Positions 1 to 9,116 of a stretch of 64,000 nt of DNA are shown one piece after another (the stretch's first letter is position 1; each line of letters opens with the position of its first letter). Origin of the DNA: Oscillospiraceae bacterium. Its GTDB lineage: Bacteria > Bacillota > Clostridia > Oscillospirales > UBA929. The stretch is taken from NCBI GenBank assembly GCA_031550325.1, contig JAVBOR010000030.1, positions 11,309-75,308 of the forward strand. The letters are read 5' to 3'. Made by a program: the position numbers and the translations under genes. A model generated the notes under the pieces. That model did not search any database. It had not been told where the DNA came from and saw only the letters and a list, made by a program, of their open reading frames with translations.

Positions 1-589
1 GCGCGCGCAGCGGCGCGTCGGGATCCCCCTTCGGCGCTGGCACGCTGCTGACCACGAGCTCCAGAACGGCGTCTATGCCGACGCCCTGTTTGGCCGAAAT
101 GCGCGGCGCTGCCTCGGCGGGCAGGCCGATCACGTCCTCGATTTCGCGCACGGCGCGCTCGGGGTCTGCGGCGGGCAGGTCGATCTTGTTGATCACCGGA
201 AGCACTTCCAGGTTGTGATCCATGGCCAGATAGGTGTTGGCCAGTGTCTGCGCCTCAATGCCCTGCGAGGCGTCCACCACCAAAATGGCGCCCTCGCAGG
301 CAGCCAGCGAGCGGGATACTTCGTAGTTGAAGTCGACATGGCCGGGCGTGTCGATGAGGTTGAGCGTATACTCCTGTCCGTCGGCTGCGGTGTACGGCAG
401 ACGGGCGGCGCGCGCCTTGATGGTGATGCCGCGCTCGCGCTCAAGATCCATATTGTCAAGGATCTGGTCGGACATCACACGCTGCTCCACCGAGTGCGTG
501 GCTTCAATCAAACGGTCGGCAAGCGTGCTCTTCCCGTGGTCGATATGGGCAATAATAGAGAAATTGCGGATGTTTTGCTGATTTGTCAT
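1..589 (-). CDS. lepA: Elongation factor 4 (LepA), N-terminal ~196 aa; rest of gene lies beyond window edge
   Basis: Own translation of minus strand from ATG at 589-587: [36 protein letters not shown]...; GTPase motifs [20 protein letters not shown] seen. Absent from ORF track because it runs off the edge. Confidence 0.9.
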   Translation of the reverse strand, partial: MTNQQNIRNFSIIAHIDHGKSTLADRLIEATHSVEQRVMSDQILDNMDLERERGITIKARAARLPYTAADGQEYTLNLIDTPGHVDFNYEVSRSLAACEGAILVVDASQGIEAQTLANTYLAMDHNLEVLPVINKIDLPAADPERAVREIEDVIGLPAEAAPRISAKQGVGIDAVLELVVSSVPAPKGDPDAPLRA

Positions 590-669
590 GACAAATTCTC
601 CAATGGGCGGCAAAGTATTTGAAAAATGCTTGTGGTTATTATAGCATCATGGTATAAATATGTAAAGAC

Positions 670-2046
670 ATGGCGCGAGCGTTGGTGAGGGGGATTTTCC
701 GGGTGTTTGATTGGCGGCGCATGATGCGGATGTTCTGGCCGGTGTTGGCGGAGCAAGGGTTTGCGGTCATGATCGGCATTCTGGCCACGATCATGGTGCG
801 GTCTGTGTCGGGCGCAGCCATGGCAGGGGTCGGCATGCTCGGCACGCTGAATTTTCTCGTGATGAACGCGTTTACCGCTGTGGCCTCGGGCGTGACGGTC
901 GTGGTCAGTCAGGACATCGGCGGGCAGCGGTATGCCGAGGCCGGCCGCGCGTCCTCCCATTCGCTGACCACGGTGCTGTACGTCTCGCTGGCCATGGGCG
1001 CGCTGCTGACCGCGCTGAACAGGCCGCTGCTGATGCTTCTGTTCGGCTCAGCCGAGCCCGACGTTATTGAGGCAGCGCAAATTTACTTCCTCTGGTCTAG
1101 CATTTCTCTTCCTCTGCAGGCCATTTTTTCCACAATCGCCGGGATTATGCGCGCCACCGGCAATACCGCCATGCCGATGGCGGGCTCCATTTTGTCCAAC
1201 GTGGCCTATCTCGCCTCGGCCGGTCTGTGCATTTACGGGCTGAGCATGGGCGTTCAGGGCGCTGGCGTCGGCCTGATGATGTCCCGGCTCTTCCCCGCGG
1301 CGCTGCTGTCCTATTGGCTTTACCGGGGCAAGGCCGGGGTCTATCCGTCGCGGATGCCGCTGAAGCCCAGCATGGAGGTCATGCGGCCCGTGCTGAGAAT
1401 CGCCGTCCCCGCCGGCGTGGACAGCCTGATCTTCAACGGCGGCAAGCTGGTGGTGCAGGTGTTTATGTCGGGCATGGGCACGCCCGTGCTGGAGGCCAAC
1501 TCCATCGCCAACAACCTCGCGATGTTTTTAAATCTCCCGGGAGGCTCGCTGCAGATCATCGCGGTGACCATTGTCGGGCAGACCGTCGGCGCCGGAATGC
1601 GCGCGCAGGCGAAAAAGGAGACCTTCAGGCTGACCTGGGTGAGCTCGCTGTCCCAGCTTGCCATGAGCGCGCTGATGTTTGCCGCCCTGAATCCGTTGAT
1701 CAACCTGTTTGAGCCGTCCTCCGTGACCTTTGCCATTACGCGCGATGTCATGCTGATCATGCTGGTGTTCACGCCGCTGCTCTGGTCGCCGTCCTTTGTC
1801 ACGCCCCAGGCGCTGCGCGCCGGGGGGGACGCCACCTACACCATGTGGGTGTCCATCGGCTCGATGCTGCTGCTGCGCGTACTGGCGGCGTGGGTGCTCG
1901 GCGTCACGCTGAACATGGGCCTGCAGGGCATCTGGCTGGCCATGATGCTCGACTGGCTGGCGCGCGCAATCCTGTTTTTGCTGCGCACGCGGGGGATGGC
2001 CGACCGCAATGTTACCGGTGTGTTACAAACCGCTCAAAGATCTTGA
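670..2046 (+). CDS. MATE family efflux transporter
   Basis: 458-aa ORF, hydrophobic throughout (about 12 TM segments by eye), N-terminal WPVLAEQ-type MatE signature; true start may be an internal Met. Confidence 0.8.
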   Translation: MARALVRGIFRVFDWRRMMRMFWPVLAEQGFAVMIGILATIMVRSVSGAAMAGVGMLGTLNFLVMNAFTAVASGVTVVVSQDIGGQRYAEAGRASSHSLTTVLYVSLAMGALLTALNRPLLMLLFGSAEPDVIEAAQIYFLWSSISLPLQAIFSTIAGIMRATGNTAMPMAGSILSNVAYLASAGLCIYGLSMGVQGAGVGLMMSRLFPAALLSYWLYRGKAGVYPSRMPLKPSMEVMRPVLRIAVPAGVDSLIFNGGKLVVQVFMSGMGTPVLEANSIANNLAMFLNLPGGSLQIIAVTIVGQTVGAGMRAQAKKETFRLTWVSSLSQLAMSALMFAALNPLINLFEPSSVTFAITRDVMLIMLVFTPLLWSPSFVTPQALRAGGDATYTMWVSIGSMLLLRVLAAWVLGVTLNMGLQGIWLAMMLDWLARAILFLLRTRGMADRNVTGVLQTAQRS

Positions 2047-2122
2047 CCTTTTTCCGTTCATGCTGTAAAGTAGCAAGTGTAAGACGGGCATACGCCCCAA
2101 ATTTAAGGAGGTACATATTCAC

Positions 2123-4798
2123 ATGCGTAACATGAAGAGATTTTTGTCTCTCGCACTCGCGCTCGTTATGGTCTTCTCGCTGGTCATTTCCGCATCGGCG
2201 AAGTCGATTGACGAGTTTGCCGACATCAACCCCGATGTCGACGCCAACGACGCCATGAACGACTATCTCGACGACGGCGACTATTTCCGTGACAGCCTGC
2301 AGATGGCCGTCGACCTCAGCATCCTCAAGGGCGACAACAACAACAACCTCAACCCGCAGGGTTCGGTCACCCGCGCTGAGTTCGTCACCATGCTGTACAA
2401 GTTCATGCATGGCGGCGCCGAGATCGCCGGCGTGTGGACCAACACCGCGTTCGCCGACATCGTGGGCCACTGGGGCGAAAAGTACATCGCCTGGGCCTAT
2501 GGCCAGGGTCTGATCAGCGGAACCAAGGCGCCCACCAACGCCACCTCTAAAGACGGCGTGTTCAGCCCGAACGGCACCATCAGCTACACCCAGGCGCTGC
2601 GCATGACTCTGTCGGCGCTGGGCATCAACGGCACCTACGAAGGCATCGACGCCTACAACTGGGCCAACAAGACCCTTGTCATCGCCACCGAAGGCGACAT
2701 CAACATCGTGCGTGATTTCAACGCCGCCAACAACGCCACCCTGACCCGCGTTGAGTGCGCCGTCATCCTCAACTTCGCGCTTGAGGCCGCCATGCAGGAG
2801 TACACCATGCAGTACAACGGCTCCGGCATGACCTATACCCGCAAGTCCGCCGAGCGCTCCAACGATCTCCTGCTCGCCGGCGTGAAGTACTATGACTATA
2901 CCCGTGTAAGCGGCACCGTTGCCGCCAACGACATAGCTGCCGTCAGCGGCGCCGTCGCCGCCTCGGGCAAGATCCGCATGACCAGTGTCGTCGCCGGCAC
3001 GTTTACCGGATCCCAGACCTATTCGATCGATCTGCCCGTCGAGGCCATTGGCCGTGACGTGTACTTCTACGCGAAGATCAACCAGACCACCGGCGCCGCC
3101 TCGAAAATTTACGGCTCGGTCAACTACACCGATAAAATGGACACCTACTCTGTGGGCGGCCTGACAGTTAGTGGCACAACCCTCGTAAACGGCGACGGCG
3201 ATACTGTTGCCAACAACGCCACGACGGGCACTTACGTCAACTACGCGATTGGCACGGATGCCACGACCGTGCGTAACACTTTTGCCGCCGCCAAAGCCGA
3301 CAACAATGTCCGCCTGATCTTCAAAAATGGCGCCACCGTCGCCACATACGCGTTCTTTGAAGACCTGACCTTCACCCAGATCAGCAAGGTTTCGGGCGGA
3401 AAGGTCACCGCCAAGGCCGTCATGACGACCGCCACTGAGACCAAGTACATCGAAACCAAAGACACCCTGGCCGCCAACGATTACGTCACCATTGCCCCGG
3501 TGGGCAGCGTCTACCTGATCAACAAGGCCACCACACTGAAGGCTCAGGTCAGCCGCACCCGCGACGCCGGCGCCACCTTTGTCATCAACGGCACCAACTA
3601 CTCTAACTACGCGATTACCGGCCTCACCGCGTTTGACCCGGCCGGAAACCTTGCCAAGGACTTCACGTTCTACGTCTTCGGCACGAAAATCGCCAAGGCC
3701 GTGAGCGCTTCGTCCGAGGTTGCCGAAGCTACCCAGTACTGCTACGTTGAGAAGTTCGTTGTGGACTCCAGCGTCATGGGCGACACGTCTGACGTTGTCA
3801 CCGCCCGCGTCTGGTCCCTCAAGGATCCCAAGGGCAAGGGCTATGTCGTCAGCGAAGACAGCACGGGTTATGCCGCCATGGCTAACAAAACCACCACTAC
3901 GGGATACTTCTCCTACACGATTGACGGCGACGGCCTGATCGTTCTTGACACTGCCGCTTCCACTACGAGCAGTGCAGCCACGCAGACGGTGCCCGCCTAT
4001 AACGGCACGTCCTCTATGATTAAACTTCCCATCGGCTCAACAAACACCAAAGAGTTCTACATCGCCGCCAACACCGCGTTCTTCCTGACTGACTCTTCTG
4101 ACGCGGTCGTCGGTGTGCGCAACAAGCCCGTCAAGTACGCCGTGTCCTCCGCGCTGGCTGTTGACAAGGTTAAGACCCTCGCTTCCACCGCAGCGGCTGA
4201 TCAGGTCAGCGGGCTTGACGTCCTGTATTACGCTGTGATGCCGAGCTTTGACGCGGCCTCCAACTTCCAGTATGTCTTCGCGACCGACCACGGCAGCTAT
4301 AACAGTGACAAGACCGTTACCTTCTCGGCCTTTGACGGTACTGTGGTCAAGGATTATGTGTCCGTCGCCGATGTGAAGATCAACGGAACCAAGGCCACCG
4401 CGACCACTAACCTGAAGTTCAAAAACCAGATCATTAAGCTTGACAACGCCACAGGCGAAATCGTTGACATTATCTGGGGCGCCACCAACGCATACACCAG
4501 CAAGACCACCACGACCTACATGAGCTCCGAGTCGACCGGCTACTTCAAGGGCAGAGTCCTCGGCGTCAGCGGCGGCATCATTGGTCTGGGCAACGACGGA
4601 ACCGCCACCGACACAATCTTCCGCAGCGAGTTCTCCAAGGTCAAACTCTATGTCATCCAGGGCACTGATTGCGCAGAGATCACCGATCTGGCTGACTTCA
4701 CGATGGACACCGACAACAACACCTACACCGCGTACTTCAACTGGAACAACTCAGACGCGACTGTCACCGACATCTGGGTTCTCGTTGCAGCCAAATAA
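2123..4798 (+). CDS. S-layer-type surface protein with N-terminal SLH domains
   Basis: AAGGAGG RBS at 2105-2111; signal peptide MRNMKRFLSLALALVMVFSLVISASA; SLH-like segments (FADI...VTRAEFVTMLYKF; FADIVGHWGEKYIAWAYGQGLISG); long Thr/Ala/Asn/Val-rich body typical of S-layer proteins. Confidence 0.75.
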   Translation: MRNMKRFLSLALALVMVFSLVISASAKSIDEFADINPDVDANDAMNDYLDDGDYFRDSLQMAVDLSILKGDNNNNLNPQGSVTRAEFVTMLYKFMHGGAEIAGVWTNTAFADIVGHWGEKYIAWAYGQGLISGTKAPTNATSKDGVFSPNGTISYTQALRMTLSALGINGTYEGIDAYNWANKTLVIATEGDINIVRDFNAANNATLTRVECAVILNFALEAAMQEYTMQYNGSGMTYTRKSAERSNDLLLAGVKYYDYTRVSGTVAANDIAAVSGAVAASGKIRMTSVVAGTFTGSQTYSIDLPVEAIGRDVYFYAKINQTTGAASKIYGSVNYTDKMDTYSVGGLTVSGTTLVNGDGDTVANNATTGTYVNYAIGTDATTVRNTFAAAKADNNVRLIFKNGATVATYAFFEDLTFTQISKVSGGKVTAKAVMTTATETKYIETKDTLAANDYVTIAPVGSVYLINKATTLKAQVSRTRDAGATFVINGTNYSNYAITGLTAFDPAGNLAKDFTFYVFGTKIAKAVSASSEVAEATQYCYVEKFVVDSSVMGDTSDVVTARVWSLKDPKGKGYVVSEDSTGYAAMANKTTTTGYFSYTIDGDGLIVLDTAASTTSSAATQTVPAYNGTSSMIKLPIGSTNTKEFYIAANTAFFLTDSSDAVVGVRNKPVKYAVSSALAVDKVKTLASTAAADQVSGLDVLYYAVMPSFDAASNFQYVFATDHGSYNSDKTVTFSAFDGTVVKDYVSVADVKINGTKATATTNLKFKNQIIKLDNATGEIVDIIWGATNAYTSKTTTTYMSSESTGYFKGRVLGVSGGIIGLGNDGTATDTIFRSEFSKVKLYVIQGTDCAEITDLADFTMDTDNNTYTAYFNWNNSDATVTDIWVLVAAK

Positions 4799-4830
4799 TC
4801 AGCGGTAACCAAAAAGGCATAGCGCTTCAA

Positions 4831-4859
4831 GGCCCGCCGGACATTTTGTCCGGCGGGCC
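4831..4859 (+). terminator. GC-rich hairpin downstream of S-layer gene (possible terminator, no U-tract)
   Basis: GGCCCGCCGGAC-ATTTT-GTCCGGCGGGCC, perfect 12-bp stem, 33 nt after stop codon; followed by TCAGCC rather than T-run. Confidence 0.45.
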
Positions 4860-4864
4860 TCAGC

Positions 4865-4990
4865 CTGTAGACAAAGGCCGCCTCTTCGTTCCTTTGCGCA
4901 AAACCACGTCGAGCCTGACGCCGAAGGCGGCGGGTCCATGCTCGGGCGGGCGGCTCTTCGCTTGGGCGGCTCTTCTTGCGTTTTGCGGGG
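4865..4990. repeat. Intergenic repeat locus R1 (truncated copy of the 209-bp composite: left GTAG end plus class III E hairpin)
   Basis: 4865-4937 CTGTAGACAAAGGCCGCCTCTTCGTTCCTTTGCGCAAAACCACGTCGAGCCTGACGCCGAAGGCGGCGGGTCC matches the first ~73 nt of 35508-35716 almost exactly; possible 3' arm GTTTTGCG near 4980. Confidence 0.85.
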
Positions 4991-5004
4991 GCGCATGGTA
5001 CAAT
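4976..5004 (+). promoter_or_regulatory. Candidate sigma-A promoter for the LRR gene (TTGCGT-17-TGgTACAAT)
   Basis: -35 TTGCGT 4976-4981, 17-nt spacer, extended -10 TGGTACAAT 4996-5004; ~23 nt upstream of the ATG at 5027. Confidence 0.35.
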
Positions 5005-5026
5005 GATTCCCAAAGCAGGTGAAACC

Positions 5027-6739
5027 ATGAAAAAAATTGTGCCATGGGTCATCGCGGTGTGCGTGATCATTGCGCTCGCGGGCGGATGGCTTTTATTTGG
5101 CGGGCGGGCGCTGCAGTGGTACTATACCTCGCAGGCCACGCGCGCCATTGAGGAAAACAGGCCCGAGCGCGCGGCGGAAATGCTGCAGAAGCGCTTGGAT
5201 ATGACGCCCGGGGACGACACGCTGCGGCTGCGCCTGGCCGAAATGCTGGCCGGGATGGGCGCGTTTTCCCGCGCCGAGTATATCCTGCATGAGGGCTTGG
5301 AGGAGGCAGCCGACCCCGTACCGTTTTACGCGGCGCTGAGCGCTGTTTTTGTGACGCAGGACAAGCTGTATGACGCGGTGGCGCTGCTGGACGGCGTTAA
5401 AAACCCGCTCACGGCCGAGAAGCTCTCCGCGCTGCGGCCGGCTGATCCGGTGCCGCAGCCCTTGGGCGGCGTGTATCAGCATCTGCTGGAGGTGTCGGTG
5501 ACCGTGCCGGAGGGCTATAGCTGCTATATCTCCTGGGAGGGGGAGATCCCTTCGATAGAGCGGGATAGGTACACGGAGCCGCTGACGCTTCAGCCGGGGA
5601 TTACGCAGGTCAAGGCCGTCATGGTGGATGAGGCGGGAATAGTGTCTGGCTGGGCGGTTGCCGAGTACAGACTGGAAAATGTGCGGGTGCCGCTTACGTT
5701 TGCCGATCCGATGGTGGAGCGCGACGTGCGCGCTGCCCTGAACAAGCCCGAGGGCGAGCTCTATTCGGACGAGGCGGCGGCGCTGACCGAGCTTCATTCC
5801 GTGGAACCTGCGGCGTACAAGACGCTGAGCGACCTGGAACCGCTGACCGGGCTGACGAAGCTCACGCTGCAGGGGCTTGGCGAGCATTGCGATATTTCGG
5901 TTCTGCCGAAGATGGGCAAGCTGGCGGAGCTACGTCTTCAGAGCATGAGCCTGGACTCGATGGATCTTGAGGTCATCAGCCAAATGCTCTGGCTGCGCGT
6001 CCTCTCACTGCCCGAGAACCAGATGACCATCCTCACGCCCCTGTCGGCACTGACAGAGCTCACAGAGCTCAATCTGAGCAGCAACAGCCTGATGGAGCTG
6101 GAGGATCTGCGCGCTCTGACGGCGCTCACAGGGCTCAATCTGGCCGGAAACGCCGTCCAGGACGTGAGCGTGCTGCGGGAGCTGACAGCGCTTAAGTCGC
6201 TTGATCTGTCGGGAAACCGCATCGTGACGCTCGACGGACTGCAGAACATGAAGGCGCTGACCACGCTGTCGGTGGCGCACAACTATCTGAGCGGGCTCTT
6301 TGAAATACAGGGCCTTACGGCTCTGCAGGAACTGGATATCTCAAGCAACGCGCTGACCTCGCTCTCTGCGCTGAGCGCTCTCACTGCTCTGCGCGTTTTA
6401 AAGGCCCCGGGCAATGAGCTTGAGGCCCTGGAGGCGCTGAGCACGCTTGCGGCGCTCGAGACCCTGGACGTGTCGGGCAATCAGATTGCCGCGCTGACCG
6501 GGCTGGAGTCCCTTACCTCGCTCAGCGAGCTGGAGGCCAGCAAGAACAAGATCACCGGCGTCGAGCCGCTTCGCGGGCTCCCGGCGCTTGCTGTGCTGCG
6601 TCTGGAGAACAACGCCGTTCAGACGCTGCAGCCGCTGAAAGACTGCCCAAAGCTCAAGACGGTGTACGCGTTTGGCAACACGCTGACAGATCCGGTCGAC
6701 GCGTTTTCCGGCACGGGCATCACCTTGTACCGCAACTAA
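5027..6739 (+). CDS. Membrane-anchored leucine-rich-repeat (LRR) surface protein
   Basis: Start moved to MKKIVPWVIAVCVIIALAGG (RBS AGGTGA); N-terminal TM anchor, TPR-like helical region, a beta-rich segment, then more than a dozen tandem ~22-aa LRRs (L..L..L.L..N.I..L..L). Confidence 0.8.
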   Translation: MKKIVPWVIAVCVIIALAGGWLLFGGRALQWYYTSQATRAIEENRPERAAEMLQKRLDMTPGDDTLRLRLAEMLAGMGAFSRAEYILHEGLEEAADPVPFYAALSAVFVTQDKLYDAVALLDGVKNPLTAEKLSALRPADPVPQPLGGVYQHLLEVSVTVPEGYSCYISWEGEIPSIERDRYTEPLTLQPGITQVKAVMVDEAGIVSGWAVAEYRLENVRVPLTFADPMVERDVRAALNKPEGELYSDEAAALTELHSVEPAAYKTLSDLEPLTGLTKLTLQGLGEHCDISVLPKMGKLAELRLQSMSLDSMDLEVISQMLWLRVLSLPENQMTILTPLSALTELTELNLSSNSLMELEDLRALTALTGLNLAGNAVQDVSVLRELTALKSLDLSGNRIVTLDGLQNMKALTTLSVAHNYLSGLFEIQGLTALQELDISSNALTSLSALSALTALRVLKAPGNELEALEALSTLAALETLDVSGNQIAALTGLESLTSLSELEASKNKITGVEPLRGLPALAVLRLENNAVQTLQPLKDCPKLKTVYAFGNTLTDPVDAFSGTGITLYRN

Positions 6740-6751
6740 AGCCCTTACGGC

Positions 6752-6972
6752 TGTCAAAGAACCAATGGTTCTTTGACAAAGCGGGGACAGGCTCGCGTCT
6801 TTGTGAAGACGCGTTCCTGCTCCCGTTTGTAGACAAATCGAAGGTTTGTCTACAGACTAAAGGCATTCCCGGAATGAATCCGGGAATGCCTTTTGGTCTC
6901 ATCTTTTGCGGTTTTTATCCCAGAAAGCACCTTGCGGCTGCGCCGTCAGGCTCGGCGTAAAAACCGCAAAAG
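6752..6972. repeat. Intergenic repeat locus R2 (modules A-B-C-D-E, all intact)
   Basis: Hairpins: A 6752-6778 TGTCAAAGAACC-AATG-GGTTCTTTGACA; B 6794-6813 CGCGTCTT-TGTG-AAGACGCG; C 6828-6854 TGTAGACAAA-TCGAAGG-TTTGTCTACA; D 6859-6893; E 6903-6972 with perfect 14-bp outer stem CTTTTGCGGTTTTT/AAAAACCGCAAAAG. Confidence 0.9.
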
Positions 6973-7012
6973 GGTGCGGATGCGTGGGGCTCGTTGACGC
7001 GCGGGCAATGTG

Positions 7013-7831
7013 TCAGGTCAGGCTGCCGAAAAACTGGCCCGTCATGGCGTTGATGTAATAGCGCCCACTGTCCAGATCGGCCCGCCAAAAAGGAGTAAGC
7101 CGCAGGACGTCGGTGGAGATGAGCTCGGCGTTATACCCAAGGGAGAGCTCGACAAGCGCTCCCGGCGAGACACCCTGCGCGCTCAGCCCGCTGGCCAGGG
7201 AGAGCAGGCACCAGCCCGCTGTTTTGCAAGGAGCGCGGGATGTTATCTGAGGCGTCCCCAGCGGCCAGCGCCCTGAAAAAGACGTCAAAGCGCCGTCTTC
7301 AAGCACAAAATCAATGCCCGCGCCCCACAGGGGAAGCCCGTTGACATCGGCCTGGAGGTGGAGCCCAGCCGTCGTCGGCTCAAATACGGGTTCCTCCAGT
7401 GCCATCCAGAAGCCCATGGCGCGAAGCCACCGGGCGCATTGCGCCTCCGGATCCTGTGTAGGAACAGGAAAATTGGGCTGGCAGGAAAAGGTCGCGTCGG
7501 CGCGGAAATGAGCGCTCCATGCGGCGCCGGTCATTTCAAAACTGCCGCCGCCCAGATTCTGCATGGTGACCGCGCCGCCGTTGAGCGCCGTTACGGCGGT
7601 GAGTTCGGCTGCGGAATCTCTGGGAATGTCACATACATAGGCCGTTTCGTCGGAAAGCGCGGAGGAAGAGACCTCCAGCCCGGCCTCGCGCAGCAAGCTC
7701 AGCAGCGCCTCCGATTCCCGCCTGGTCTCGGCAGCGCCGCTCCATGCGCGCGCGCTTAAAAAGGCGATGAGCACCAGATTGATAAACAGCAGAAGGACGA
7801 TCATAGAGGTCTTCGCTTTTGGCCAATCCAT
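7013..7831 (-). CDS. yycI: YycI-like two-component regulatory protein
   Basis: Start set at MDWPKAKTSMIVLLLFINLVLIAFL (GGAGGG RBS), the characteristic YycI N-terminus with single TM; last gene of the walRK-yycHI order. Confidence 0.65.
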   Translation of the reverse strand: MDWPKAKTSMIVLLLFINLVLIAFLSARAWSGAAETRRESEALLSLLREAGLEVSSSALSDETAYVCDIPRDSAAELTAVTALNGGAVTMQNLGGGSFEMTGAAWSAHFRADATFSCQPNFPVPTQDPEAQCARWLRAMGFWMALEEPVFEPTTAGLHLQADVNGLPLWGAGIDFVLEDGALTSFSGRWPLGTPQITSRAPCKTAGWCLLSLASGLSAQGVSPGALVELSLGYNAELISTDVLRLTPFWRADLDSGRYYINAMTGQFFGSLT

Positions 7832-7844
7832 GCGTATCCCTCCA

Positions 7845-9116
7845 TCAATTCCGTCGGCGCGCGTACCAGCTTGGCTTGTACGCGCCGCCGTCGGCGGCAT
7901 AACTCACGCCCGGCAGCGTGCCGGCGGGCAGCAGCGCAGCGGCCTGCCGAACGGGCAGGAGAGGAATGGATTCATCGGTGAGCGTGTATTGACGCAGAAG
8001 GATATCGGCCCGGACGATAACCCCGTTTTCAATCTCCACCGTGGCGGACGAGCCGTCAAAGACCGGCGCGCCGTGAAGCCAAAGCGAAAAGGTGAAAACG
8101 GTCTGCCCGCGCACCTCGCTCAACTGGAACTCCGCGGAGCCCAGCGCGGGGGAGAGCGTGGCCAGAAGCCCGCGCGCCATTTCAACATGGGCGGCCGTCG
8201 TATCCGAGGCTGCGAACATCGCCATTTCCTGCTCGTCGAGTGTTTGATAGTCAATCACGCCGTCCGGGGAAAAACGGCAGGCGCGCAAGCTGTCCACATA
8301 CACCCGCGTGCCGTCGGCCTCGGTGTAGTGCGCGCCCTGCTCCATTTCCAGCGCGCGCAGAAACTGCGCAGTGTAGAGGGTGGCGTCCACCGTGGTGGCG
8401 GCGGCGCTCGGAAGGACCGGCGCGTCGGCCATCAAAAACGCGTCGGAGGGGACGGTTGGGTATTGATCGGGTTGCTCGAAGGCAAAGAAGCAGGGCTTTG
8501 CGTCCGGAAGCTCGTCCCAGTCCGGCCACGCCGCGGCCGCGGCGGTGTCGCAGCGGTAGAGAAGCCCGTTTTGCGCGTCCTCATACAAAAGGGCTACGCC
8601 GCCGCCGGTCTGACTCAGCAGAAGCCTGCCGGCGGTCGCGCCGCCCGCATAATCGGTGGAAATCCAGGCGGCAAGCACGTCCAGCGGCAGCGCGAGGTCG
8701 TACTCAATGTACGCGCCCGGACCGGCCAGCGCTTTCAGCCACTGCTCGCGGGTGATCTGTACGGGGCTGCCCGCCGTACCCAGCGCCTCGCGCAGCGTCG
8801 GCTGCAGCAGGCGCTGGAAGGCGCCGATCCCCGCCGCGTCGGCGCTGGCGCCGAGCATGACGCCTTTCGCGCGAAGCGCAACCGACACCGGCCGGGTGGC
8901 CGGCTCAAAAGTGGTTTCCAGAGCGACAGTGACCTCGGGCGGCTGCTGGGGAAACCCCCAAATCCAGCGCAACGGGGCAGCCCAGGCCATGGCCGGGGTG
9001 CTGAGCATGGCCGGATCAGAGATCAAGGCGCGCAGCGTGAGGCCGATGGTCAGCAGAAACAAGGCGGCAAGCAGAACCGATTTGAGCAGCTCCCTGATGC
9101 CTGTCAACTTTTTCAC
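7845..9116 (-). CDS. yycH: YycH-like two-component regulatory protein
   Basis: 423 aa, GTG start overlapping walK stop (GTGA), GGAGGAG RBS, N-terminal TM (LLKSVLLAALFLLTIGLTL), position between walK and yycI. Confidence 0.6.
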   Translation of the reverse strand: MKKLTGIRELLKSVLLAALFLLTIGLTLRALISDPAMLSTPAMAWAAPLRWIWGFPQQPPEVTVALETTFEPATRPVSVALRAKGVMLGASADAAGIGAFQRLLQPTLREALGTAGSPVQITREQWLKALAGPGAYIEYDLALPLDVLAAWISTDYAGGATAGRLLLSQTGGGVALLYEDAQNGLLYRCDTAAAAAWPDWDELPDAKPCFFAFEQPDQYPTVPSDAFLMADAPVLPSAAATTVDATLYTAQFLRALEMEQGAHYTEADGTRVYVDSLRACRFSPDGVIDYQTLDEQEMAMFAASDTTAAHVEMARGLLATLSPALGSAEFQLSEVRGQTVFTFSLWLHGAPVFDGSSATVEIENGVIVRADILLRQYTLTDESIPLLPVRQAAALLPAGTLPGVSYAADGGAYKPSWYARRRN

